A stretch of 63,814 nucleotides of DNA, counting the filler, from Welwitschia mirabilis (taxonomy: Eukaryota): the NCBI GenBank assembly GCA_051453625.1. It is 4 parts of one record of this genome, joined end to end, with 100 filler letters (N's around TTAATTAATTAA, not from the genome) between each part and the next. Parts side by side here need not be neighbours in the genome. Positions count along the whole stretch, not along the records: positions 30,386 to 54,212 come from JBOZIK010000001.1; positions 54,313 to 62,135 come from JBOZIK010000001.1; positions 62,236 to 63,814 come from JBOZIK010000001.1; 1 more part is not named here. One strand, given 5' to 3'. The position numbers and the translations under genes are program-made. The notes under the pieces are model-generated. The model worked only from the letters and a program-made list of their open reading frames with translations. It made no database searches and had not been told where the DNA came from. The stretch's first letter is position 1. Every line of letters begins with the position of its first letter. Below, in pieces: positions 51,493-63,814 of this stretch.

Positions 51493-51879
51493 TTACAGGT
51501 AAACCTGGAATACCTGGTGACATAACGAAGATTGGAGATCTAGATTAGGGATAAGTTGGTCATCGAGAGTGGAGTAAGGGGTTTTTCAAACTAGTATAAA
51601 TCTAGCATGCATTCATTTGGTATTTTTGTGCTTTCTGTTGTTATTTCCTTACTTTAATTATTTTCCTCTTTTTATGCACGTTTTGGATTAGTTGATTATT
51701 GCATGCAACTTTTTTTTAAGTTTAGATTCATTTAGTATATTATGCTATATTTTTTTAAAGAACCTATTCATCCCCCTCTAGGGTTCTTGATCCTATCAAT
51801 TAGTATCAGAGCTAAGTTGAGTCTTCTTTATATTTTAATCAATTGTGACTTTAGAACCCTAAAATTAGTAATCCATCTA

Positions 51880-53870
51880 ATAGTGTTTTCATCGGTTGTC
51901 CACCTATGTTTGATGGATTAAACTATGCTTACTGGAAAGCCAAAATGAGAATATTTCTTAGATATTTAGATTTCCACATAGAAAAAGTCATCTATAAAGG
52001 TTACACTGTGCCTATGTTAATTCAAACCGATGTTAACAGTAACACATCCTAGTTCCCAAGGCTTGAGATTAGTGGACCTCTACTGATAAGTTAAAAGCCA
52101 TCATATATGCTTATGCTCTTAATGCCATATTTTTTGTAGTCTATATAGATGAATTTAAGTGCATAGTAAACTATAATTATGCTAAGAAAACTTGGGACAT
52201 TCTTGAAGTAGCTCAAGAAGAAAACTCAACTATTAAACAAGCTAAACTTTAGATGCTTATTTCAATATTTGAAGATATCCATATGGATGAAGAAGAGACC
52301 TTGTAAGAATTTTTTGCTAGATTCACTAATATCGTAAACTCTATGGCAATCCTTGAAGAATGCTTAGATGAAAGAAAGATGGTAAGGATACTCTTGAGAT
52401 CCCTACCCAAGAGATTTAAACCAAAGGTCAGAGCCATCAAGGAGAGAAAAAAACATAAATACAATGGCACTAGGAGAACTTCAAGGTAATTTATAAACCT
52501 ATGAGCATAAATTTGTTAAAGATAAGAAAAAGGGTATTGCTTTAAAATGTGTGTAGGAAGACTATAGATCTAAAATTTCAAATGAGGATTTAGATGATGA
52601 TGAAGTGATTCTTCTAGAGAAAAAAGAAGGATAATTAAGTAAAAATTCAAAAAGAAGTCATCTAAAACATAGAAAGGAGTAAGACAAAGATAAAGAGATC
52701 CAATTCTACTCATGTAAAGAATTTGATCATATGGTAAATGAGTGTCTTAACACAAGAAGAGATAATAGGAAATCAAATAATCCCTCTTTCATTACCACAT
52801 GGAATAATGATGATGATGATGATGAAAGCTACTTAGATCAAGAATCAGATAGAGATAGAATGTTATCTTTCATGGGTTTTTGTACCATCACTCAAAGATG
52901 TTCCTAGCACATCAAAGACTTATGATTTAAACATGATCAATGAATAAGAGGATGAGTTAGAAGACACATATCAGGAGTTGTATGATAAATGTGAAAAGCT
53001 AGCTAAGAGGATAAACAATCTGAACAGAGTAGTAAATACTCTCACCAAAGAAAAAAGAGGAAATAGAAGTAAAATATAATATGCTAAAATTTGATAATAC
53101 TAGTCTAATGTCTCAAGTAAAATATTTTTCCTTTTTTGTAGATAAATTTTCTGGTAGTTCTTCTAAATTAGAATAGATTCTTGAAGTATGAAAACCTACT
53201 TGAGACAGATCAAGTATTAGCTTTAATACACAAAATTCACAAGAACAGCTAAACTAAAAAAGTAAGTATGCTTCTAAACTTTCATGTAACTTTTGTAGTA
53301 AATTTGATCATTCAAAGCTCTTTTGCAAAATTAGATAATTAATGCTTTTCTCAAATTCTGCAAATGCTTTATCTTTTAAATTTATTTCTTATAGAATTAT
53401 ACTAAGTAAGTCTAATAAGACTAAGTGGATTAGAGCTAACAATCTCAAAAGTTTTCTAATACAGATAGCTCTCAGAGGATCGTGTACAAACAGTTGATAT
53501 CCAGACAGTATATGCTTAAGGCATATGTCTGAAGAAATATCAAACTTTCAGCACCTAAGGAGTATTAATGGGAAAGAAGTCATCTTTAGAAACCACAAAA
53601 ATGCAAATATAGAAGGTACAAAATGCATCAAAGGAGGTATGTTACCTAAAATTAATGATGTACTTTATGTAAATGTATTGAAGCATAATTTATTAAGCAT
53701 TAGTCAATTTTATGATAAAGGTTACAAAGTAATCTTTAGAAAATCGAAATTCAAAGTTATAGATGAGAAAACATATGTTGTTATCTTTACTGCAAAATGA
53801 GTAGATAATATCTATAGAATAGATACTTGTTTGATCAATCAGTTAATTTATATAAACTATGAAATACAAA
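51880..53870 (+). pseudogene. C4 gag-protease remnant
   Basis: PPMFDGLNYAYWKAKMRIFL (~51900), LRSLPKRFKPKVRAIKE, zinc-knuckle remnant ~52705-52745, ORF 53525-53800 with DVLYVNVLKHNLLSISQ. Confidence 0.88.
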
Positions 53871-53925
53871 AAGGAAACATTAGCCTAAATCTTGCTAAAT
53901 TTGAATGATTTTTGAAAGACTTTGA

Positions 53926-54212
53926 TGTAACACCTCATTTCTAGAATTTACTTATTAATCACAAAAACAACTAAAGATTCACTCACTGTCCTTTAGCTGA
54001 TTATAGGATGGTTAACTAGATCTATGATTTGGTTGACCGGATATTTGGTTGACCAGCCTGAAAGCATGGTCATCCAGATCCCTTCCAGTACTGTAGACCT
54101 GCATCTTGATAGATTGACCGGAATCTTGAGCAGTCGATTGGACCTAACAGATCACAGTACATAAGTACTATCAATAGACCTAATTTCTTTCTTCATTCTA
54201 CTTTATTTTGTA
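53926..54212. mobile_element. Probable LTR terminus of another element (Tekay/Del-like) interrupting C4
   Basis: TGTAACACC start, then GGTTGACC-type motifs; copia coding similarity stops just before; orientation undetermined. Confidence 0.4.
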
Positions 54213-54256
54213 NNNNNNNNNNNNNNNNNNNNNNNNNNNNNNNNNNNNNNNNNNNN

Positions 54257-54268
54257 TTAATTAATTAA
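54257..54268. other. Artificial scaffold linker TTAATTAATTAA
   Basis: Same 12-mer centred in an N run. Confidence 0.95.
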
Positions 54269-54312
54269 NNNNNNNNNNNNNNNNNNNNNNNNNNNNNNNN
54301 NNNNNNNNNNNN

Positions 54313-57300
54313 TGGTTACTCCCATTATACTAGTTTGATGTATTGTAATAATAATAATATCTATTTGAATGTAAAAGCTTTCACAAATACACACCGCAAT
54401 AATGGTGGTTTGTGGCTCATGACAAATCTCATATTCTCATATTATTTTAAGATCTTGTATAACCCACCATTGCAACTATAAATTCCCTATAGCTTGTGAA
54501 TCATGGATGGAGCTCTGATCCATCAAGTTTAAGCCCTATTAATGGCTTTCATCATNNNNNNNNNNNNNNNNNNNNNNNNNNNNNNNNNNNNNNNNNNNNN
54601 NNNNNNNNNNNNNNNNNNNNNNNNNNNNNNNNNNNNNNNNNNNNNNNNNNNNNNNNNNNNNNNNNNNNNNNNNNNNNNNNNNNNNNNNNNNNNNNNNNNN
54701 NNNNNNNNNNNNNNNNNNNNNNNNNNNNNNNNNNNNNNNNNNNNNNNNNNNNNNNNNNNNNNNNNNNNNNNNNNNNNNNNNNNNNNNNNNNNNNNNNNNN
54801 NNNNNNNNNNNNNNNNNNNNNNNNNNNNNNNNNNNNNNNNNNNNNNNNNNNNNNNNNNNNNNNNNNNNNNNNNNNNNNNNNNNNNNNNNNNNNNNNNNNN
54901 NNNNNNNNNNNNNNNNNNNNNNNNNNNNNNNNNNNNNNNNNNNNNNNNNNNNNNNNNNNNNNNNNNNNNNNNNNNNNNNNNNNNNNNNNNNNNNNNNNNN
55001 NNNNNNNNNNNNNNNNNNNNNNNNNNNNNNNNNNNNNNNNNNNNNNNNNNNNNNNNNNNNNNNNNNNNNNNNNNNNNNNNNNNNNNNNNNNNNNNNNNNN
55101 NNNNNNNNNNNNNNNNNNNNNNNNNNNNNNNNNNNNNNNNNNNNNNNNNNNNNNNNNNNNNNNNNNNNNNNNNNNNNNNNNNNNNNNNNNNNNNNNNNNN
55201 NNNNNNNNNNCCCTCGAACTATGATTATGATGGACTCCTATAATTTATCGTTTCAAGTGTTCAATAGCCTATTTAAGTTATAATCTTGACACTTTGTTTC
55301 CACTAGTGTAGTAGCCAAGTTTATGACTAGTTAGCATAGGGTTGTGGATTCAAAGTTCTATGATAAATATTTTATCCTTTTTCTTTTAAAATAAAGCTAT
55401 GTCAGGCCAAGATTGAGTCTAGTGAGTATCCTTGAGGACAAGCCTAGCTCTTTAGCAACTATGTTTTCTTGGTTTATGAGGAGGCTAATTATGGTTAAGT
55501 CTACCTTGAAGAAGGCAAAAGGTATATTATGATATAAAAACCTCTAAATAGTTTAAATCAAGAGAAAATTCTATAATCCTTATATGGTATCCTAATATAA
55601 TCAAAATATATAGAATCTATAGGCATGTCAAAAATAATGTTTCAAGAACTAGAAGAATCAGCTAGCTCATACTTAAATGAAAGACTTAATGGATATTAGT
55701 TATCACTTGTAGGAACTATATCTAAAAGGAGTAGTAGTCCATAAGATAAAATATTCCTATAATAAAATAACAAAGAGGTACTTGATCTGTGTGAAAAGAA
55801 TCTTGTAGGAAGTGTAGAAAGAAAAGATCTTCATTAGAAATCATACTAAATGAAGCTAGAGAAATTGCCAACTATGACATCAATGAAATTACATGATGAA
55901 TATGGTTTCGAGGATGACGTTACATGGAAAAGAAGACTTGGAAATGCCATGTGATATTGAATGTATGAAAATGGTTAATGACTTCAAATTACTAAATAGT
56001 ATAGATGATACTCTTAAATTACCACACTAGAAGAAACCATGAACTACAAATGTAAGATAACTATTAAATGAACCATGTGAGAAATAATACTTAAACTTAA
56101 GGACTAAAAGAACCTAGTGAGTGCAAAGTGGTATTTTATTGTAAAGCTAAACTAAGATGAAATCTTATCTAAGCATAAGATTTATATCCTGGAAAAAGAA
56201 TTTAATTAGAAATAGAACATTAATTATCCTAAGATGCCCTCATATGGCATTGTAGGAAAGAAAAGATTTCAGATGATAATACATCTAATTGCATAAACTA
56301 TATATATATATATATATATATATGTATTGGGTACTAAATGAAAAATCTCTATTAAACCTAAAGTTTAAAATATATTACTAGAGTTTGTGTGTAAATTCAA
56401 AAATATCATATATAGGCTTAAATAGAATTAAGAATATAGTACCATAACATTAGTGATTTANNNNNNNNNNNNNNNNNNNNNNNNNNNNNNNNNNNNNNNN
56501 NNNNNNNNNNNNNNNNNNNNNNNNNNNNNNNNNNNNNNNNNNNNNNNNNNNNNNNNNNNNNNNNNNNNNNNNNNNNNNNNNNNNNNNNNNNNNNNNNNNN
56601 NNNNNNNNNNNNNNNNNNNNNNNNNNNNNNNNNNNNNNNNNNNNNNNNNNNNNNNNNNNNNNNNNNNNNNNNNNNNNNNNNNNNNNNNNNNNNNNNNNNN
56701 NNNNNNNNNNNNNNNNNNNNNNNNNNNNNNNNNNNNNNNNNNNNNNNNNNNNNNNNNNNNNNNNNNNNNNNNNNNNNNNNNNNNNNNNNNNNNNNNNNNC
56801 AAAAAGATCATATATAGGCCTAAATAGACATTAAGAATATAGTACCATAACACTAGTGATTTATTATTGACTTACTAGTCTCAAAACAAGTCCATCTAAT
56901 GCAAGCATGTTCATAAAATATAATGATGATAAGATAATCTTAATAGTTTCTTTTCATGTAGATGATCTCAATCTTAATAGTTTCTTTTCATGTAGATGAC
57001 CTATTATTTAGTCCTAGATATCACACATGTATAAGTTTCTGATAAGTAACTAAGTGAAACATTTGAATTGTTTGATATGAGTTTTTTACATGATTATTTA
57101 CGAATGAAGATCATACAAGTAATTCCATATAAAATATATGTGATTAAACTAAGAAAAACCTATAAGAAATCTATGCTAGATAACTTATAAAGCATTGCAA
57201 ATTCAACAACATACTGTGTAATCATAGTACTAATGTATTTATAACTAGTTAAGAAAGAATTAAAAATTTACTTATATTAAGTCATTAAGGAACTACAATA

Positions 57301-58054
57301 TTTATCAGATACAAGGTCACATATTCAGTATATTGTTAGTGTTCTATCATTATTTCTATACAAATATTACTTACATGATGTAAAAGATGTAATACAAGTG
57401 TTATGTATTTAGGTGAATTACTTACGTATGGGGCTAAAATTTAAAAAATATTCTATAAATTTGTGTACCTATGTTGATGCAAATTATGGAGAAAATAATT
57501 AACTAGAAGAGTGGATACAAGATGTATGTAATTATTGTATACATCATTAATGTCTTGGAAATGAAGAAGACAATAATGTGTATCATGGTAGTCCAATCTA
57601 AGAAAAATTCTTGAACGTGGTAATTATATTAGCTTTATGGTTAAAGAATCTCTTATGAATACCATAGTATCTCTTCCTATCAAGCTATATTATTATAATC
57701 AAGCTACTATCTATCCTGCTAAAAGTCTTGCATACAATTACGGAAAAAAATAGATATTAAGTTACATGTTATAAGAAAAGATGTAGAAAATGGAATAATC
57801 TAATGTATTATACACATCAATCAACAGTAAAGTAACAGGTAATTTTATAGAGCCACTATCTAATTAAAGTTAGTTGAATATCATAAAAGACTAAATCTAT
57901 ATTACTAGGACATGTTATAAGATAGAATTAACAGCTTTTATTAGAATAATAATCATATCCTTTATATATAATTATATTGTTAATATTTTAAATAAATACT
58001 TTATCTATATCTAACACTTGGACAAGGGATATCTAATATTTTGTAGTATCAACA
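54313..58054 (+). mobile_element. Highly decayed Ty1/copia element C5 (IN, RT, RNase H remnants, probable short 3' LTR ~57913-58054)
   Basis: AKWYFIVKLN*DEILSKHK (~56123) resembles the RT CKWVFK..DG..KYK motif; FHVDDL (~56953); YVDANYG (~57470); IDIKLHVIR (~57750); TG...CA segment directly after pol. Confidence 0.7.
56299..56323. repeat. (TA)n microsatellite within the decayed C5 RT
   Basis: Read directly. Confidence 0.95.
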
Positions 58055-61029
58055 ATAGAAACAAATTTAAAATAATAGTACTAGCAAATATCTCTTGAAT
58101 GATTCTTCCCTGTCAAACTCGCATAATTCAATATAGTTTTCATTCTCATCACTTGTTTCTTCATCTTAAAAGTTTTATCCAATCCTCTCCAATAAAACAT
58201 CTTTTAATTCACATACCAAATACCCCACCCATCCCAATACAATATGCCAAAAGGCATAGGTACACCCTTGAGAATGACAAAGTAGAAAAGTATTTAGTGA
58301 TGGATTTGATTAAGATAGAGTGTTGAAGATCTATGTGTCATTGATTCTTATGCTTTACTTTTCAAAGGAAATGCAAAAATGAAACCTATATAGGAATTGA
58401 CATAGGATGTCATGCAATGTTGGTATTTAGAGTCTTAATAATAAAAATAACAACAAAAATATTAATACTATTATGAATACAAAAGTATGATGGAAAGTAT
58501 ACTTCAAAAGAAAAGAAGGAAATATCTAATTATAAGAACGCTTTATTTTTATTAAGCATGGTTAGTAATGACTTTATTGCAAATTATTTCATAGTTTCAA
58601 TCTAGTAATGTCGATAAATCATTAAGTGGTTTTAGCAAATGCTTCTACCCACCAACTTTGCATTTCTATAAGAAATAATCAATGAAATCATGTCAAGAAT
58701 CATTGTGATAGGATTATCACCCTTAGATGGCCTTCTAGTTATGTGAGCCAAGTCACAACAAAACTCTAAAGACATAGNNNNNNNNNNAGGAATGGGGGCT
58801 GAGGTATAGCATTATATGTCCATGTAAGGGCTAGCCTCTTGGCCATAATTATAATTACTATGTGATATACCTTAGCGATATATTTATAAATGTGCATAGA
58901 TGTATCCTAAATTAAAATACGCAAAATAATCAAATATAACTAATGAAGTAGAACTAGGTAAGTTATATAAGAAGATATAACTAAAAATATTAGGTTTCTT
59001 TATTAGGATACTCATATTTACAAATTTGGGAATGGTCTATTAATGTAAGTATAATATAAAACTCATCAAAATTTAATGTTGCATGGGAACATCTTTCTTT
59101 CTTTCATATATTTATACACCTGATATTTAAAACTCAAATCAAATTCTTACATTAAGAATCTAAAGAAAATATGTGCTAAACTTCTTGGAGAGCTTATCTG
59201 ATAAATCTACATAGTAAACCAAAAATTAAAAAAACATGTTTTCATAATGCTATTTACTTTAGTGAATTATACTCAAAATTTTTACTAACTTTTCTATTTG
59301 AATAAGTCTTGTATTAGAGCTTGGTTCATAGAAAAGTGCTTTCTTGATAAATAATTAAAGGATCTTTTGGGAACATAAGATTTTTCAAACTTGAAAAGAA
59401 CATACAATATAACACAAACTAATGTGAATTTCTACATTAATAAGAAAAAGATAAAATTTGATATTTTTTTTTATCATGTTGAAGTTATTTTTTCCTTTTC
59501 TTTTTCATTTTTTAAAACAAAAGATTATTTCTTAAAGCATGCTACTATATAGATATTTCAATGTCTTCCAACTATTTTTCATTATTTTTATAATATAAAA
59601 AATACTTAACCATTTATTATCTATAACATTATTTAACAAAAGCTTTGTGGAATCAAATATCTATAATTTCCAATTTAAATTTACTACTTTTAATTTGATG
59701 TAATTTTTAACATCTAGTAATGATAAGTTATAAAATAAAAAATTAGAAATAAATCTAGTGTTTGATTTTACAAATTCTATCATATGCTATTGACATTGAG
59801 TGGGGAAATTATATTTTAAAGAATTCAAAGAACTTAGTAAATCAAATAATAAAAAGCCTTGTATCTTTATATTTCCATGTGATAGTTTATTAAAGAAGTC
59901 TTTAATGATAAACTACCTAAAAGTATTATTAAAGTTAACATTGACTTACCCTAAAATAAGTTTAAATAAATTAAAATCCAACAAAATAATTTTCAAATAT
60001 AGAAGGTTTTAATTGAAAAAAATTTTCAAAGTTTTTTTTAGAATTTGATGGCTTTGACATTAATAGTTATTCTTAAAAAGTAATTAAAAAATTAAATAAC
60101 CTAGGTGAAATCACTTATAGCCTAAAATTTTCTATTGATAATCTTACATGAATTGAATTATTAATTAAAATCTTAGGTAACATTGAAAAGTTTTACTAAG
60201 AAAGTTGATTTTCCTCTTTACAAAGAGATCTAGATCTATATTTTTCAATTTACTCCCATTTTTTTTTTTGATTTTTTACTTTTGAATTTTAGTTATTTTG
60301 TAACTATTTTGAATATTTTGCATTCTCATTGGATTACTATTCGTTCTCCTCCACCCCCACCCCCTTCTCCCCTTCTCCCCTAACATTCTAATGTTTAGGT
60401 TACAAATTGCATGNNNNNNNNNNNNNNNNNNNNNNNNNNNNNNNNNNNNNNNNNNNNNNNNNNNNNNNNNNNNNNNNNNNNNNNNNNNNNNNNNNNNNNN
60501 NNNNNNNNNNNNNNNNNNNNNNNNNNNNNNNNNNNNNNNNNNNNNNNNNNNNNNNNNNNNNNNNNNNNNNNNNNNNNNNNNNNNNNNNNNNNNNNNNNNN
60601 NNNNNNNNNNNNNNNNNNNNNNNNNNNNNNNNNNNNNNNNNNNNNNNNNNNNNNNNNNNNNNNNNNNNNNNNNNNNNNNNNNNNNNNNNNNNNNNNNNNN
60701 NNNNNNNNNNNNNNNNNNNNNNNNNNNNNNNNNNNNNNNNNNNNNNNNNNNNNNNNNNNNNNNNNNNNNNNNNNNNNNNNNNNNNNNNNNNNNNNNNNNN
60801 NNNNNNNNNNNNNNNNNNNNNNNNNNNNNNNNNNNNNNNNNNNNNNTTACAAATTGTGTGTTTTACATTCTTTTCTTATGAGTATTAATTAATGATGAGA
60901 TAAAGGAATGAACTTTTTAAATTTCACATTCCAAACTTTTTAAGACTCTTATTATGTTATTATTACACTCTTAATTATGATTTCTATAAAATATTGATAT
61001 AGAAAATTGTATAATTACTAGTTCAAATG

Positions 61030-62135
61030 AAACATGCTCAAATTCTGCCTAGCCCTCGACTTAATGTTCAATCATAGTCACATGCCTCTTAAGTAAAGGA
61101 AGCTTACCGTTATCTCTCTTCATTGATCAAAAGCTCTAAACCTCATAGACAAGCCTTTGAAAGATTATGTGAAGAATGCTTAACCTCAAAAATACCTCCA
61201 AAACAAGAATGCACCTCAAACCAAGTAAATTTTTTGAAAAATAACNNNNNNNNNNTGAACCTCCTTACATTATAGTAAAAATTAGACCTACTAAAGTAGC
61301 TAGGACCTTCATTAATTATGGATCCAAATTAAATGTAATAAGTTCATCATGCCTCAAGAACCTCAAAATGGGTCATCTCTTAATCATGAAGAAAGGTGTG
61401 ACAATTAGAGGATTTAATGGCCATGAGGATAAATTAAAAGGAACAATCAGTTTACCTATCGAAGTGGCTCGAAAAGTTAAAAACACTAAATTTTANNNNN
61501 NNNNNNNNNNNNNNNNNNNNNNNNNNNNNNNNNNNNNNNNNNNNNNNNNNNNNNNNNNNNNNNNNNNNNNNNNNNNNNNNNNNNNNNNNNNNNNNTACCA
61601 TTATCTCTCTTCATTGATCAAAAGCTCTAAACCTCATAGACAAGCCTTTGAAAGGTTATGTGAAGAATGCTTAGCATAAAAAATACCTCCAAAACAAGAA
61701 TGCACCTCAAACCAAGTAAATGTTTTGAAAACAACGAAGATCATAAATTCGTCCAATTCCAACCTAATGAAATTTTGTCTACTTCTCCAAAGATCATAAT
61801 TACTGAACCGCCTTACATTATAGTAAAAATAAGACCTACTAAATTACCTAGGACCTTCATTGATTATGGATCCAAATTAAATGTAATAAGTTCATCATGC
61901 CTCAAGAACCTCAAAATGGGTCATTTCTTAATCATGAAGAAAGATGTGACAATTAGAGGATTTAATGGCCATGAGGACAAATCAAAAGAAACAATTAGTT
62001 TACCTATCGAAGTGGCTCGAAAAGTTAAAAACACTAAATTTCACATAATTGACAATGTTGTGGCATTTAACTTGCTACCAGTTTGGCCTTGGATCATGGA
62101 CATGAAGGCAGTTATATCATTAACCCATCAAAAGC
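61030..62135 (+). pseudogene. Ogre/Tat-type Ty3/gypsy protease fragment, partly duplicated across a gap
   Basis: ORF 61667-62135: PYIIVKI..FIDYGSKLNVI..TIRGFNG..LPIEV..FHIID..FNLLPVWPWI..AVISLTHQK, resembling Ogre/Tat IDNGS.LNV...YNLLLGRPWIH..AV.S.LHQK. Confidence 0.75.
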
Positions 62136-62179
62136 NNNNNNNNNNNNNNNNNNNNNNNNNNNNNNNNNNNNNNNNNNNN

Positions 62180-62191
62180 TTAATTAATTAA
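62180..62191. other. Artificial scaffold linker TTAATTAATTAA
   Basis: Same 12-mer centred in an N run. Confidence 0.95.
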
Positions 62192-62235
62192 NNNNNNNNN
62201 NNNNNNNNNNNNNNNNNNNNNNNNNNNNNNNNNNN

Positions 62236-63814
62236 TGAAACTCGTATAACCACTCCTTCTCATACCAATGCTAATGTCACTCTTAGATATCTCATAGCAA
62301 ACAAGAAACATGAAATCCAAACTCCTTTTGACTTACCTCCTGATGATGTTGTAGAACTCCATAACATAAACGCATATCCTATCTTTAGTGGAGAACTCGA
62401 TGAAGATCCTTTGCAATACATTGTCGATATAGAACAACTTGTCCTCACTTTTAGGAATGGTAAAAAACGCATAAATGATAGAACCTACATAGTTATCTTC
62501 CCCATCACATTAAGAGATAAAGAAAAATATGGCTTAGAACAATTCCCACAAAAGTCTAAAATCTTAGAGTCAAGTTTAGAAAGCTTTTATTAAGAGATTT
62601 ATAAGTAAAACCATCATCTCAAAGTGTAAGAAAGAAGTTATTAACTTCCAAAAAATACCTAACAAAGATTATGCCTCTGTCTATGAGAACTTCTTTGTTG
62701 CTTTACATTCAAACTTTTTAGATACATTTTCATAAGTAGAACTAGTTGACTATTTTCATAGTGAATTAAATAGTCACATAAAGCAACTTGTAAATTTTTC
62801 TTGTGAAGGCAACTTATTGAATAAAACCCTAGATGATGCTTGAAAAGTCTTGGAAGATTTGGTAGAAGTAAGTTAAATGTGGCCTTAATCCTCACCTAGA
62901 AAAAACCAAACTGTGAGCCAAATCATTAAATATCTAAAAGAGGTAAACAAGAGAAAAATGGAACAAGAACCAAAAATAAACCAACTAATGTCATAAAGTA
63001 TTTCACCTCTACCTTATAAAAATACACCCAAATAATTTTTAATGCTAAGGTAGCAACCAAGAAGAGTGAAGTTCTAGTTCTAACCTGTGATTTGTGTGAA
63101 GATAATTATCATGTTATCAAAGATTTTCCATTTCTTTCCACTTATAAAGAGAAAATTTACAAGGAAGTTTATGCCTTTAACCAAAGATCTTCAAACTACA
63201 ATCAAATTCAAAGACAAGTTCATAATCACAACAACTTTCAACATAGGATGAATGAATAATCCAACTCTAGAAATTTTTAGATAGATCATCCTAACTTCTA
63301 ACCTTTTAGAAATAGATTTGAGAACTCAAACTTTCAGTCTAACAACTTAAATAACTTGACAAGCTCATCCAACTCTCAAAACCATAGTAATCCCTTAGGA
63401 ATTCCATTGAGAAGTTTAGAAAAACATAAGAANNNNNNNNNNNNNNNNNNNNNNNNNNNNNNNNNNNNNNNNNNNNNNNNNNNNNNNNNNNNNNNNNNNN
63501 NNNNNNNNNNNNNNNNNNNNNNNNNNNNNNNNGAAAAACATAAGAAAAGATGAAAACCAACATAGAAAACCTTGTGAGCATTCTACAACAAACTATACTT
63601 GCCAACCAAAGACCACAAGGGTTACTTACCACTCAACCTTTATCGAACCCGAACGAAGTAAGAAAAGATTATAAGGTGGTGACAAGAAGTGGAAATGACA
63701 TAAATCCTTTTAGCTGTAAGGATTCAACATCACAAAGTAATAAGAATGATGAGGAATAGAACATATAAATCTTAGAAAATCATTCGTTTCCTTCTTCATT
63801 AAGTAACAAGAAGA
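62236..63814 (+). pseudogene. Athila-like gag remnant of the same family as A3
   Basis: Collinear with ~44800-46300: FSGELDEDPLQYIVDIEQL, IFPITLRDK, CDLCEDNYH, RKDYKVVTRSG (also at ~46150). Confidence 0.85.

Larger units (their letters stand above)
50028..53925 (+). mobile_element. Sirevirus/SIRE-like copia element C4 (5' LTR, gag, protease), truncated
   Basis: LTR ~50028-51798 ending cctattcatccccctctagg...TCA; PBS tagtatcagagc at 51801-51812; coding remnants follow. Confidence 0.88.

Noticed and set aside
58060..60410. AT-rich stretch with a GC-richer patch (~58700-58860) and a C-rich tract (~60350-60380); possible SINE or promoter
   Set aside because: No Pol III A/B boxes, TSD, TIR or ORF that I could support; left unannotated

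Overview
Very AT-rich eukaryotic DNA, most likely plant heterochromatin, made almost entirely of old, nested and pseudogenised LTR retrotransposons. No intact protein-coding gene, RNA gene or CRISPR array is visible. The window is four scaffolds joined by an artificial N44-TTAATTAATTAA-N44 linker (30330, 54257, 62180), with many ~100-N gaps flanked by duplicated sequence. Content: four Sirevirus/SIRE-like Ty1/copia elements (6971-15414 with both LTRs, ~17323-24088, 30386-34867, ~50028-53925); four Athila-like Ty3/gypsy elements (~3495-17322 +, 24089-30286 -, 34868-42124 -, 42995-50027 +) plus a further gag fragment (62236-63814); an Ogre/Tat-type protease fragment; a probable Tekay/Del-type LTR end; and a very decayed short-LTR copia. 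Tentative calls are an RPA70-like pseudogene at the left end and a small MITE. The most notable observations are three Sirevirus insertions into Athila-like 3' LTRs, one env-like motif shared by copia and gypsy elements, element-specific CpG palindromes, and a conserved ~260-bp non-coding box in the Athila-like 3' region. I found no convincing new biological system. All alignments were done by eye, so boundaries are approximate.
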